Shown here piece after piece: positions 39,029 through 47,845 of a stretch of 64,000 nucleotides of DNA. A model generated the notes under the pieces. It was given only the letters and a program-made list of their open reading frames with translations, ran no database searches and was not told the origin of the DNA. The translations under genes and the position numbers were made by a program. Each line of letters opens with the position of its first letter. The stretch's first letter is position 1. The stretch is from Candidatus Binataceae bacterium. GTDB taxonomy: Bacteria; Desulfobacterota; Binatia; Binatales; Binataceae. Location: the NCBI GenBank assembly GCA_015478645.1, contig JADMIL010000003.1:1543-65542 (forward strand), in the 5' to 3' direction.

Positions 39029-41866
39029 ATGGACCGCATAATTATCAAGGGTGCGCGCGAGCACAACCTCAAGAATATCGACATCGAGATCCCGCGCGGG
39101 CAGCTTGTCGTCATCACCGGGCTTTCGGGTTCGGGCAAATCCTCGCTCGCCTTCGACACGATTTACGCCGAGGGCCAGCGCCGCTATGTCGAATCGCTGT
39201 CGGCCTACGCGCGCCAGTTCCTCGAGCAGATGGAGAAGCCCGACGTCGATTCGATCGAGGGGCTATCGCCGGCCATCTCGATCGAGCAGAAGACCACCTC
39301 GCGCAATCCGCGCTCAACGGTCGCCACCATCACCGAAATCTACGACTACCTGCGGCTGCTCTTCGCGCGCGTCGGCCACGCCTTTTGCTATAACTGCGGA
39401 CGCGAAATCACCCAGCAGAGCGTGCAGCAGATCGTCGACCGGATGATGGCGTGGCCCGAGGGCGCGCGGATTCACGTGCTCGCGCCGATCGTGCGCGATC
39501 GCAAGGGCGAGTACAAAAAAGAGCTCTCCGATTTGCGCCGCGCAGGCTTCGTGCGCGCCAAGATCGACGGCAAGCTGGTCGAGCTGGGCGAGGAGTTCAA
39601 CCTCAACAAGAACCAGCGCCACACCATCGACGTGATGGTCGATCGGCTGGCGATCCGCGGCGGCATCGAAAAGCGCCTGGCCGATTCGCTCGAAGTCGCC
39701 TTCAAGTACGGCCAGGACCTGCTCAAGGTCGAGCGGCTCGACGCCACGGCCAAAAACGGCGGCGGCGAAATCTACTTCAGCCAGCGCTTCGCCTGCGTCG
39801 AATGCGGCATCTCGTACCCCGAGATCACGCCGCGGATGTTCTCCTTCAATAGTCCGCACGGCGCGTGCACCGAATGCTCGGGGATCGGATCGATCATGTA
39901 CTTCGATCCCGAGCTGGTGGTGCAGAACGAGGACCTCAGCATCGCCGACGGTGCGATCGCGCCGTGGGCGACGATGAACTACATGCAGCCAGTGCTCGAG
40001 GCCCTCGCGACGCATTACAAGTTCAGCCTCGACCAGGCGTGGAAGTCGATTCCGGCCAAGGTGCGCAAGGTGATCCTCAACGGATCGGGCGACGAGGAAA
40101 TCGCCTTCACCTATCAGCGCGGCGAGCATCGCCACGGCTACGAGCGCAGTTTCGAGGGCGTGCTCACGTGGCTCGACAAGCGCTACAAGGAGACCGAATC
40201 CGAGAGCATCCGCGAGGTCCTCGAGGCCTACATGAACATGCGCGAATGCCCGGTCTGCAAGGGCGCGCGGCTTAAGCGCGAGAGCCTGTTCGTGCGCTTC
40301 AACGAAAAATCGATCAGCGAAGTCACCGCGATGTCGATCAAGCAGGCGGTCGCGTTTTTCGCCGCGCCTAAGCTGAGCGCGCAGGAGACCGAAATCGCCC
40401 GGCTGATCCTCAAGGAGATTCGCGAGCGGATGGGTTTCCTCGCCGACGTCGGCCTCGACTACCTGACGCTCGACCGCACCTCGGGCAGCCTCTCGGGCGG
40501 CGAGGGCCAGCGTATCCGGCTCGCCACGCAGATCGGCTCGAGCCTGGTCGGCGTGCTCTATATCCTCGACGAGCCGTCGATCGGACTTCATCAGCGCGAC
40601 AACCAGCGCCTGCTGTCGACGCTCAAGCGGCTGCGCGAACTGGGCAACTCGGTGCTGGTGGTCGAGCACGATCGCGACACCATGATCGAGGCCGATCATT
40701 TGGTCGACATGGGTCCCGGCGCCGGAATCCACGGCGGCTATGTGGTCGCGCAGGGCACGCCCGAAGAAGTGATGAAGAATCCGGCGTCGCTGACCGGCAA
40801 ATATCTTTCGGGCGAGGTCGAGATTCCGGTGCCGCCGCGCCGCCGCACGATCGGTCCGCGATGGCTCACCGTGCGCGGCGCGCACGCCAACAATCTGCGC
40901 GACCTGACCGTCGCCTTTCCGCTCGGCGTGGTGGTCTGCATCACCGGCGTCTCGGGCTCCGGCAAGTCGACCCTGGTGCTCGACACGATGCATCGCGCGC
41001 TCGCGCAAAAGCTGATGGGCAGCCGCGAGCGCGCCGGCACGTTCAAGGCACTCGAGGGCATCGAGCATCTCGACAAGGTGATCCACGTCGATCAGAGCCC
41101 GATCGGCCGCACCCCGCGATCGAATCCCGCCACCTACACGGGTCTCTTCACCCATGTGCGCGAGCTGTTTGCGCAGTTGCCCGAGGGCCGGATGCGCGGA
41201 TACGGGCCGGGGCGCTTTTCGTTCAACGTCAAGGGCGGGCGCTGCGAAGCCTGCCAGGGCGACGGCATCATCCGCATCGAGATGCATTTTCTGCCCGACG
41301 TTTACGTCACCTGCGAAGTGTGCGGCGGCAAGCGCTACAACCGCGACACGCTCGAAATCCAGTACAAGGGCAAAAGCATCGCCGAGGTGCTCAACCTGAC
41401 CGTGCTCGACGCGATCGAGTTCATGGGATCGGTGCCGCCGATTCGCCAGAAGCTCGAGACCCTGCGCGACGTCGGCCTCGACTATATCCATCTGGGCCAG
41501 TCGGCGACGACGCTGTCGGGCGGCGAAGCGCAGCGCATCAAGCTGGCCAAGGAACTCGCCCGCCGGGCCACCGGCCGCACGCTCTATATCCTCGACGAGC
41601 CGACCACGGGGCTGCACTTCGACGACATCAAGCGGCTGCTCGCGGTGCTCGGCCGGCTAGCCGACGCCGGCAACACGATCGTGGTGATCGAGCACAACCT
41701 TGACGTGATCAAGACGGCCGACTACGTGATCGATCTCGGCCCGGAAGGCGGCGATCGCGGCGGGCAGGTGGTGGCGAAAGGCACGCCCGAGGAGATTGCC
41801 GCGGCGTCCGGATCGCATACCGGCCAATTCCTGCGGCAGGTGCTGAACCATCGCGCGGCAGCCTAG
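39029..41866 (+). CDS. uvrA: excinuclease ABC subunit A
   Basis: [53 protein letters not shown], with two ABC modules and zinc-finger Cys clusters. Confidence 0.97.
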   Translation: MDRIIIKGAREHNLKNIDIEIPRGQLVVITGLSGSGKSSLAFDTIYAEGQRRYVESLSAYARQFLEQMEKPDVDSIEGLSPAISIEQKTTSRNPRSTVATITEIYDYLRLLFARVGHAFCYNCGREITQQSVQQIVDRMMAWPEGARIHVLAPIVRDRKGEYKKELSDLRRAGFVRAKIDGKLVELGEEFNLNKNQRHTIDVMVDRLAIRGGIEKRLADSLEVAFKYGQDLLKVERLDATAKNGGGEIYFSQRFACVECGISYPEITPRMFSFNSPHGACTECSGIGSIMYFDPELVVQNEDLSIADGAIAPWATMNYMQPVLEALATHYKFSLDQAWKSIPAKVRKVILNGSGDEEIAFTYQRGEHRHGYERSFEGVLTWLDKRYKETESESIREVLEAYMNMRECPVCKGARLKRESLFVRFNEKSISEVTAMSIKQAVAFFAAPKLSAQETEIARLILKEIRERMGFLADVGLDYLTLDRTSGSLSGGEGQRIRLATQIGSSLVGVLYILDEPSIGLHQRDNQRLLSTLKRLRELGNSVLVVEHDRDTMIEADHLVDMGPGAGIHGGYVVAQGTPEEVMKNPASLTGKYLSGEVEIPVPPRRRTIGPRWLTVRGAHANNLRDLTVAFPLGVVVCITGVSGSGKSTLVLDTMHRALAQKLMGSRERAGTFKALEGIEHLDKVIHVDQSPIGRTPRSNPATYTGLFTHVRELFAQLPEGRMRGYGPGRFSFNVKGGRCEACQGDGIIRIEMHFLPDVYVTCEVCGGKRYNRDTLEIQYKGKSIAEVLNLTVLDAIEFMGSVPPIRQKLETLRDVGLDYIHLGQSATTLSGGEAQRIKLAKELARRATGRTLYILDEPTTGLHFDDIKRLLAVLGRLADAGNTIVVIEHNLDVIKTADYVIDLGPEGGDRGGQVVAKGTPEEIAAASGSHTGQFLRQVLNHRAAA

Positions 41867-41900
41867 CCGCGCAAACAATTCGCGACGGAGGTCGCTTCAG

Positions 41901-42710
41901 ATGTCAGACATATCAACCGCACCCGCAGTGGCCGAGCCGGCCGCTTACGACTGGACCCAACTCACCGACGATCTCAACCGATTGCTGCGGCTCAAGACCA
42001 CGCCGATCGGGATGAAGCTCTTCACCACGGTCGAGGAGATGGAGGCGATACCGAAAATTCGCCGGCCCAAATCGATCCACACGACCGATCAGATCGTCGC
42101 GCAGGCGGCGCGCCTCGGCTTCACCATCGGCATCACGCAGAGCGACCTGGTTGGCGCGCAATGCGGCGCCGTCATCGGATTGCATCCGCAGAACGCCGAA
42201 TGGCTCTCCGGCCGCAACATGGCCAAGGTCTGGTACGAGACGCTCGAGGACTCCTCCGCTCATCAGCACGCGATGGACGTGGTGCCGCACGGGACCTTCG
42301 CCGCGATGGCCGTGTCGCCGCTGACCAGCGGACGGCTCAATCCACCCGACATCTGCCTGATCTACGCCACGCCCGGCCAGATGATCATCTTCATCAACGG
42401 CCTCCAATGGGCCGGCTACAAGAAGTTCCAATGGGGTGTCGTTGGCGAGTCGGCCTGCGCCGATTCGTGGGGCCGCGCGCTCAAAACCGGCGAGCCCAGC
42501 CTGTCGATTCCATGCTTCGCCGAGCGCCGTTACGGCGGCGTGCTCGACGACGAACTGCTGATGGCGCTGCCGCCGCGCTTTCTGCCCAAGGCGATCGAAG
42601 GGATGAAGCGGCTGGCGGGCAACGGCTTGCGCTACCCGATTCCGCAGTATGGCGTGCAGGCCGACGCGCGGGCGGGATTGGCCGTCAGCTACGGCGCAAA
42701 GAAGGAATGA
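41901..42710 (+). CDS. DUF169 domain-containing protein
   Basis: LRLKTTPIGMKLF ... CGAVIGL pattern resembles DUF169. Called from recollection, not searched. Confidence 0.6.
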   Translation: MSDISTAPAVAEPAAYDWTQLTDDLNRLLRLKTTPIGMKLFTTVEEMEAIPKIRRPKSIHTTDQIVAQAARLGFTIGITQSDLVGAQCGAVIGLHPQNAEWLSGRNMAKVWYETLEDSSAHQHAMDVVPHGTFAAMAVSPLTSGRLNPPDICLIYATPGQMIIFINGLQWAGYKKFQWGVVGESACADSWGRALKTGEPSLSIPCFAERRYGGVLDDELLMALPPRFLPKAIEGMKRLAGNGLRYPIPQYGVQADARAGLAVSYGAKKE

Positions 42711-42774
42711 CGCGCGCGCCGACCGAGTGCGCGAGTGAGTATTCGAGGAAGAAGATGACTATTCGAGAAAGAAA

Positions 42775-42850
42775 TGGAGGCGGCGGTCGGAATCGAACCG
42801 ACGAATCGAGGTTTTGCAGACCTCTCCCTTAACCACTTGGGTACGCCGCC
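42775..42850 (-). tRNA. tRNA-Cys (anticodon GCA), CCA encoded
   Basis: The reverse complement folds by eye as follows. Acceptor GGCGGCG/CGCCGCC. Anticodon stem GAGGT/ACCTC with loop CTGCAAA. T arm GTCGG-TTCGATT-CCGAC. Discriminator T, then CCA. Confidence 0.9.
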
Positions 42851-42951
42851 CCGGAGAATTTGCGCGCTAGCGGGAGCCTTGATTATGCACCGCGCGGCGC
42901 GCGATGGCGAGACGCCCGAGCGTGCGCCGCGCCGCCGCGGATGCCGACCTT

Positions 42952-43422
42952 TCAGCGCATCAAAGGTGCGGCGCCGCCCGGCGCCCCGTCGCGCACCGTC
43001 AGCTTAACTTCGCAACTCCCTTGCTCTTCGCCGTAGCACAAATCGCGCACCACGCCCGGCACGAACCGATGGTTCTCGGCGGCGGGCGGCGAACAGATCC
43101 AATGGCTGCCCTGGCGGTAGAGCCCGACCGCGTACCATTGGCCCGGCTCGAGCGTGCCGCTCGCCTGCCCCGCCACGGTCTGCGTCGAATAGACCGTAAA
43201 GCCGTCGTGGCCGCCGTCCGGATCGAAGCGCATGAAGGTCATCATCCACTCGCCGCCGCCGCCGCGCCTGGTCGCCGCGTAAGTCATCGGCTTGTCGGAC
43301 GAGAACACCGGCTTGTCGCGGCAGAGCCACGGACGCGGCTCGGTCGCCCGCGCGATCGAAGCCGCGGCCAGCATGATGCCCGCGGCGACCACCATCGTCA
43401 TGAACTTCGTTGTCACCCGCAT
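42952..43422 (-). CDS. secreted hypothetical protein with four Cys
   Basis: Signal peptide MRVTTKFMTMVVAAGIMLAAASIARA-TEP. No family recognised. The longer GTG-initiated ORF (to 43503) would translate the AT-rich tandem repeat. Confidence 0.55.
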   Translation of the reverse strand: MRVTTKFMTMVVAAGIMLAAASIARATEPRPWLCRDKPVFSSDKPMTYAATRRGGGGEWMMTFMRFDPDGGHDGFTVYSTQTVAGQASGTLEPGQWYAVGLYRQGSHWICSPPAAENHRFVPGVVRDLCYGEEQGSCEVKLTVRDGAPGGAAPLMR

Positions 43423-43436
43423 CACGCGTATCGATT

Positions 43437-43472
43437 TCAAATTCATATTCAAATTCATGTTCAAATTCACGC
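43437..43472. repeat. AT-rich 12-bp tandem repeat x3 (TCAAATTCAnnn)
   Basis: TCAAATTCATAT, TCAAATTCATGT, TCAAATTCACGC. Located 15-50 nt upstream of the ATG at 43422 (minus strand) and just downstream of the mutase stop. Confidence 0.85.
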
Positions 43473-43505
43473 AATCCTCGCCACCACCCCGGGATCTTCG
43501 CACCG

Positions 43506-45470
43506 TCAGGCCGCCACGCCCGGCTCTTCACTCACCGCGACGATGCGCGCGACTATCGCGCCGAGACTGGAATCCTTGGGCGTGAAGACCGCGCGCACGC
43601 CCAACTCGATCAGCCGCCGGCGATCGGCCTCCGGAATAATCCCGCCCATTACCAGCTTAACGTCCACCGCGCCGCGATCTTTGAGAATCGCGAGCGCCTC
43701 GCGCGCGATCGTCAGGTGCGCGCCCGCCAGGCTGCTGATCGCCAGCACCTCGGCATCTTCCTGCAACGCCGCCTCGACCAGTTGCGCGGGGGTCTGCTTG
43801 AAGCCGGCCAGGATCACTTCCATCCCGGCCTGCATGCAGGCGTGCGCGAGCAACTTGACGGCGTTGATATGGCCGTCGAGGCCCGCCTTGCCGAGCGCGA
43901 TACGAATTCTGCGGCCCGCCGCAGGCACCATTAATCGATCGACCGGCGCGCCCCCTTCGAGAATCGGCGGCGTGTAGCGGCCGCCCGCCGCGCCCTCGAT
44001 GGTAGACGTCCATTCGCCGACCGTGCCGCCCGCGCGCGCGAGTTCGAGCGTCGGCTCCATGATCGCGGCCGCATCGCCGATTGCGGCGCCGGCGGCGCGT
44101 GCCGCCCGTGCGAGTTTTTCGCGGGCGCGCGCCACCGACGAGTTGTCGCGCTCGGCGCGCCAACTGCGTAGCGCCGCAATCCGCTCGCGCTCGGCCGCCG
44201 GATGGTCGCTTGCCGTATCGTCTGGCGCCGCCGCCGGGCCGAGCCCAATCTCGCCGATAAAAGCGTTGACGCCCACCAGGATGATTTCGCCGGCCTCGAG
44301 CTTGCGCTGGCGATCGGCCAGGGCATGCGTCAGCTCGGCACTGACCATCGCGATCGCCTCCGCATAGCCGGCCTCGCGCAGGCGTATCGCGATCGCCCGC
44401 GCACGTTCGGCGGTCTCGCCGGTCAATTTCTCGATCACCGTACTGCCGGCGAAAATATCGCCGTAGCCGGCGACGCCGGTCTCATGCATCAGCACCTGCT
44501 GCGTGCGCAGGCCGATCAATTGCTCGGCCTGGTCAGGCAGCGCCATCGCCTCGCGAAAGCCTGGCAATTGCAGCGCGTTGACCCGCGCGCCGGCCGAGAT
44601 CACCACCGGCAGCGCCTCGTACGCGATACGGATGATATTCACTTCGGGCTGCTGCTCGGTCAGGGTCAGCGAACGCACCTGGCATCCGGCGCGAAAGGCC
44701 ACCTCGTCGATGCCATATTCGCTGCGGCAGAGCTCGCGCCAGAGCTGAAAGTACGCGCGAATCTTGCAAATCTCGGGGACCAGCTCGATTCCGCTGTTGA
44801 TGAAAAACGAGATGCGCCGGACGGTCTGCGCGAATTCCGCGGCGCTCAGCGACGGGCGAATCGCGTCGAGGATCATCAGCGCGTTGCCGAACGCGTAGCC
44901 GATCTCCTCGGCCGGCCCGGCGCCGCTTTCCATGTAGTGGTAGCCGCAGCAGTTGATCGGATTCCAGTTGGGCACGCGCGCGACCGCAAACCGGATCAGC
45001 TCGGTCGAAATCCGAAACGATACGTCGGGATGAAAAATCGAGGTGCCGCGCGCGACAAATTCCTTGAGCAGATCATTTTGCGTGGTGCCGCGCAGCGCGC
45101 TCCACGGCACGCCCTGTTTCTCCGCCGCGACCAGGTAGAGCGCGAGGATAAACGGCGCCGTCGCATTGATCGTCATCGAGGTGTTGATCTCGCCGAGCGG
45201 GATGCCGGCGAGCAATTGCTCCATGTCGCGCCAATGGCAGATTGAGACGCCGGCCTTGCCGACCTCGCCGGCGGCCACTGGCGCGTCGGGGTCGTAGCCG
45301 TTTTGCGTCGGCAGGTCGAAGGCGATCGACAGGCCGCGCTGTCCCTCCTTGAGATTATTGAGGAAGCGGCGATTGGCCTGCGTGGCGTCGCCGAAGCCCG
45401 CGTAGGTGCGGATGATCCACGGCTCGCGCGGGGGCCTGGCGGTCTTGCCGATTGGTGCTTTAACGGCCAT
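43506..45470 (-). CDS. methylmalonyl-CoA mutase family protein (TIM-barrel substrate domain fused to C-terminal B12-binding domain)
   Basis: GGAGG lies 5 nt upstream of ATG 45470. Motifs PWIIRTYAGF, GLSIAFDLPTQNGYD, RGTTQNDLLKEF. C-terminal GKAGLDGHINAV ... ISSLAG ... MGGIIP. Confidence 0.9.
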   Translation of the reverse strand: MAVKAPIGKTARPPREPWIIRTYAGFGDATQANRRFLNNLKEGQRGLSIAFDLPTQNGYDPDAPVAAGEVGKAGVSICHWRDMEQLLAGIPLGEINTSMTINATAPFILALYLVAAEKQGVPWSALRGTTQNDLLKEFVARGTSIFHPDVSFRISTELIRFAVARVPNWNPINCCGYHYMESGAGPAEEIGYAFGNALMILDAIRPSLSAAEFAQTVRRISFFINSGIELVPEICKIRAYFQLWRELCRSEYGIDEVAFRAGCQVRSLTLTEQQPEVNIIRIAYEALPVVISAGARVNALQLPGFREAMALPDQAEQLIGLRTQQVLMHETGVAGYGDIFAGSTVIEKLTGETAERARAIAIRLREAGYAEAIAMVSAELTHALADRQRKLEAGEIILVGVNAFIGEIGLGPAAAPDDTASDHPAAERERIAALRSWRAERDNSSVARAREKLARAARAAGAAIGDAAAIMEPTLELARAGGTVGEWTSTIEGAAGGRYTPPILEGGAPVDRLMVPAAGRRIRIALGKAGLDGHINAVKLLAHACMQAGMEVILAGFKQTPAQLVEAALQEDAEVLAISSLAGAHLTIAREALAILKDRGAVDVKLVMGGIIPEADRRRLIELGVRAVFTPKDSSLGAIVARIVAVSEEPGVAA

Positions 45471-45497
45471 CACTTCCTCCGAGCCGGCGCGCGTCAG

Positions 45498-45614
45498 CTA
45501 AGGAACCTCTGCACAAGTTAGGTTGTCATTTCTGAGGGCAGCGAAGAATCCCGGATCCGGGACCCATGCGCTTCGCTCAGGGTGACCGCAGAGCCTGGTG
45601 CGGAGGTTCCCTAA
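45498..45614 (-). mobile_element. MITE-like palindromic repeat, copy 3 (orientation B)
   Basis: CTAA-GGAACCTCTGCAC ... GGATCC ... GTGCGGAGGTTCC-CTAA; perfect 4-bp flanking duplication. Confidence 0.9.
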
Positions 45615-45682
45615 GCGCGAGGCGTCGCTCGGCAAGTCTCAAGCGTAGTTGCACGGTCGCGCCGACGCCAGACCGCCAGACC

Positions 45683-46654
45683 TTACGGTCCGTCAGCGCT
45701 TCGCACGCTGCGCTCCCCGGACCCTGTGCGCGCCGGTGCGCGCCCGCCGAATTGCGCGGCCAGTTCCGCGGTCAACGCGCGTCCGGCCAGACCGCGGCAT
45801 TCGACCAGCTCGATCACCGGGCATTCGACCGACCGCCGGAGCATCGCGAGTGCGCGCCGCTCGCGCGTGCGCCGCTGCAATTCCGCGCGCGCGAGCGCGG
45901 CCAGTTCCGCCACGCCGTCCGCGTCCGGATCGCGCGCGGCGCGCCGCACCATCCGCGCGATATCGGCCGCATCGAAGGCCGCCGCGCTCATGCGATTGAA
46001 GAACACCGCGGCGAGCTTCAGGCCGAGCGCTGCGAGCGTGCGATGGATCTCGAGGGTCTCGGCGATCGCCAGCGGCTCGGCGGTGGTCACCGCCGCAATC
46101 GCGCATTTCGCCGGGTCGCGCAGCAGCGCCGCGATATTGCCCGCCTCGCGCCCGGCCACGCTCTCGCCAAAGGTTTCGCGCGCGGCAAAGGGCATCCGAA
46201 CCATGCTGAGCGCCTGCCCGCTCGCCGGCGCGTCGAAGACCACCACGTTCCAGGGCTTGAGCGGCGCCGCGCGGCGCTCGAGCTCGTGAAAGACCTTGCC
46301 CATCATGGTGAGCTCGCGCACGGCCGGCGCGGCATGGACGAAGTATTGATAGAAGCTGCTGGCAAAGACCATCCGCAGAATCGGCCGCGGGACCACGAAA
46401 CTCAGGTATTCCTCGAGCGACTCCTGGCCGCCGAGGGTCATCTCATACAAATTGTCGGATAACTCGACTGATGCAAACGTTCCGGCGCGGCCGTACGCCT
46501 GCGCGATCGGCGCCCGCATATCCGCCTCGATGATCAGCGTGCGCAGCGCGCGGGCGGCCGCCGCGGCGCCAATCGCGGCGCTGACCGTGGTGCGCCCCAC
46601 CCCGCCCTTGCCGAGCACGGCGATCAGGCGATGCGCCAGGAGTTCCTCGATCAT
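45683..46654 (-). CDS. ArsA/GET3-family P-loop ATPase-like protein with degenerate motifs
   Basis: Deviant Walker A region LGKGGVGRTT (Arg where GKGGVGKT[ST] has Lys). FDAPASGQAL sits where ArsA has DTAPTGH. 323 aa. Confidence 0.8.
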   Translation of the reverse strand: MIEELLAHRLIAVLGKGGVGRTTVSAAIGAAAAARALRTLIIEADMRAPIAQAYGRAGTFASVELSDNLYEMTLGGQESLEEYLSFVVPRPILRMVFASSFYQYFVHAAPAVRELTMMGKVFHELERRAAPLKPWNVVVFDAPASGQALSMVRMPFAARETFGESVAGREAGNIAALLRDPAKCAIAAVTTAEPLAIAETLEIHRTLAALGLKLAAVFFNRMSAAAFDAADIARMVRRAARDPDADGVAELAALARAELQRRTRERRALAMLRRSVECPVIELVECRGLAGRALTAELAAQFGGRAPARTGSGERSVRSADGP

Positions 46655-46720
46655 CTACGCCGCAACTCGATAAGTGATCCGAAGGCGCTTCGCACCGCGC
46701 GATCGGGATGGCCGCCTCCG

Positions 46721-46832
46721 CTAAGGAACCTCTGCACCAGGCTCTGCTGTCACCCTGAGCGAAGCGAATGGGTCCCGGATCCGGGATTCTTCGCTGCGCT
46801 CAGAATGACAACCTGACTTGTGCAGAGGTTCC
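46721..46832 (+). mobile_element. MITE-like palindromic repeat, copy 4 (orientation A)
   Basis: CTAA-GGAACCTCTGCAC ... GGATCC ... GTGCAGAGGTTCC. The right flank is CTCG, so the duplication is not preserved. Confidence 0.85.
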
Positions 46833-46854
46833 CTCGTGGCGGCCGCGCGCCGCC

Positions 46855-47832
46855 CTACCAGCGCACCAGGTTGGCGCCCCAGGTGAGTCCTCCCCCGCAC
46901 GCGTTGAGGAGCACCAGGTCGTTGTCGCGAATCCGCCGCGTCTCGAGCGCCTCGTCCAGCGCGATCGGCACCGACGCCGCCGAGGTATTGCCGTAGCGAT
47001 CGACGTTGGTGAAGACCTTGTCCTCGCCCAGGCCCAGGCGCTGCGCGACCGCGTTGATAATGCGCAGATTCGCCTGATGCGGCACGACCAGCGCAATCTC
47101 GGCGAGCGGCACGCCAGCGCGCTCGGCCACCTTGCGGGTGACCTCTTCCATGCTTTTGACGGCGATCTTGAACAGCTCCGGACCTTTCATCTTGATCGCG
47201 TCGTCGCCGCTGGATTTGACCTCGGCGTCGATCGTGTTTTGAATCCCGCGGTTGCGCACCGACAACAATTCCCAGTACTCGCCCGACGAGCGCAAGATAC
47301 TGCCGAGCACGCCGCGCGCACCGGGCTCGCTGACCATCACGACCGCACCCGCACCGTCGCCGAACAGCACCGCCGTGGCGCGATCGTTCCAATCGACCAT
47401 GGTCGAGAGCGCGTCGGTGCCGACCACCAGCACTCGCGACCAGTCGCCCGCGCGCATCGTGCTGTCGGCCACGCTCAGCGCGTAGACGAAGCCCGAACAG
47501 GCCGCGGCGACGTCAAACGACGGTATCGAGCTAATTCCGAGGCGATGCTGCAACTGGCAGGCGAACGAGGGAAAGCCGAAGTCCGACGACACGGTGCCAA
47601 CGATGATCGCTTCGAGGTCGGAGGCCTTCAGGCCCGCCCGCTCGAGCGCGATCCGGCTGGCGTCGGCCGCGATATCGACCAGCGATTCGCCGCTGCACAG
47701 GGTGTAGCGCTGGCCGATACCGGTGCGCGTACGAATCCATTCGTCGGACGTTTCCATCCGCCGTTCGAGGTCGTGATTGGTGATCAGCGTGCGCGGCAGC
47801 GCGCGCCCGGTGGCAACGATTCTCGAACCCAT
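46855..47832 (-). CDS. fabH: 3-oxoacyl-ACP synthase III
   Basis: AAACSGFVYAL (active-site Cys), PHQANLRI, YGNTSAAS. Confidence 0.92.
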   Translation of the reverse strand: MGSRIVATGRALPRTLITNHDLERRMETSDEWIRTRTGIGQRYTLCSGESLVDIAADASRIALERAGLKASDLEAIIVGTVSSDFGFPSFACQLQHRLGISSIPSFDVAAACSGFVYALSVADSTMRAGDWSRVLVVGTDALSTMVDWNDRATAVLFGDGAGAVVMVSEPGARGVLGSILRSSGEYWELLSVRNRGIQNTIDAEVKSSGDDAIKMKGPELFKIAVKSMEEVTRKVAERAGVPLAEIALVVPHQANLRIINAVAQRLGLGEDKVFTNVDRYGNTSAASVPIALDEALETRRIRDNDLVLLNACGGGLTWGANLVRW

Positions 47833-47845
47833 CGGTAGGCGCCCG

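Noticed and set aside
42711-43000. tRNA-Cys as an integration hotspot (genomic island, integrase or att repeats)
   Set aside because: No integrase, phage or transposase gene flanks the tRNA, I could find no direct repeat of the tRNA 3' end nearby, and the neighbouring genes have the same GC character as the rest of the window.
43423-43503. Reading the AT-rich tandem repeat as coding sequence (NLNMNLNMNLK), giving a protein that starts 2 nt after the mutase stop
   Set aside because: That start would place about 27 extra, non-signal-like residues ahead of an otherwise normal signal peptide. The codon composition of the stretch is unlike the rest of the genome. It is kept as a non-coding repeat, though translational coupling cannot be fully excluded.
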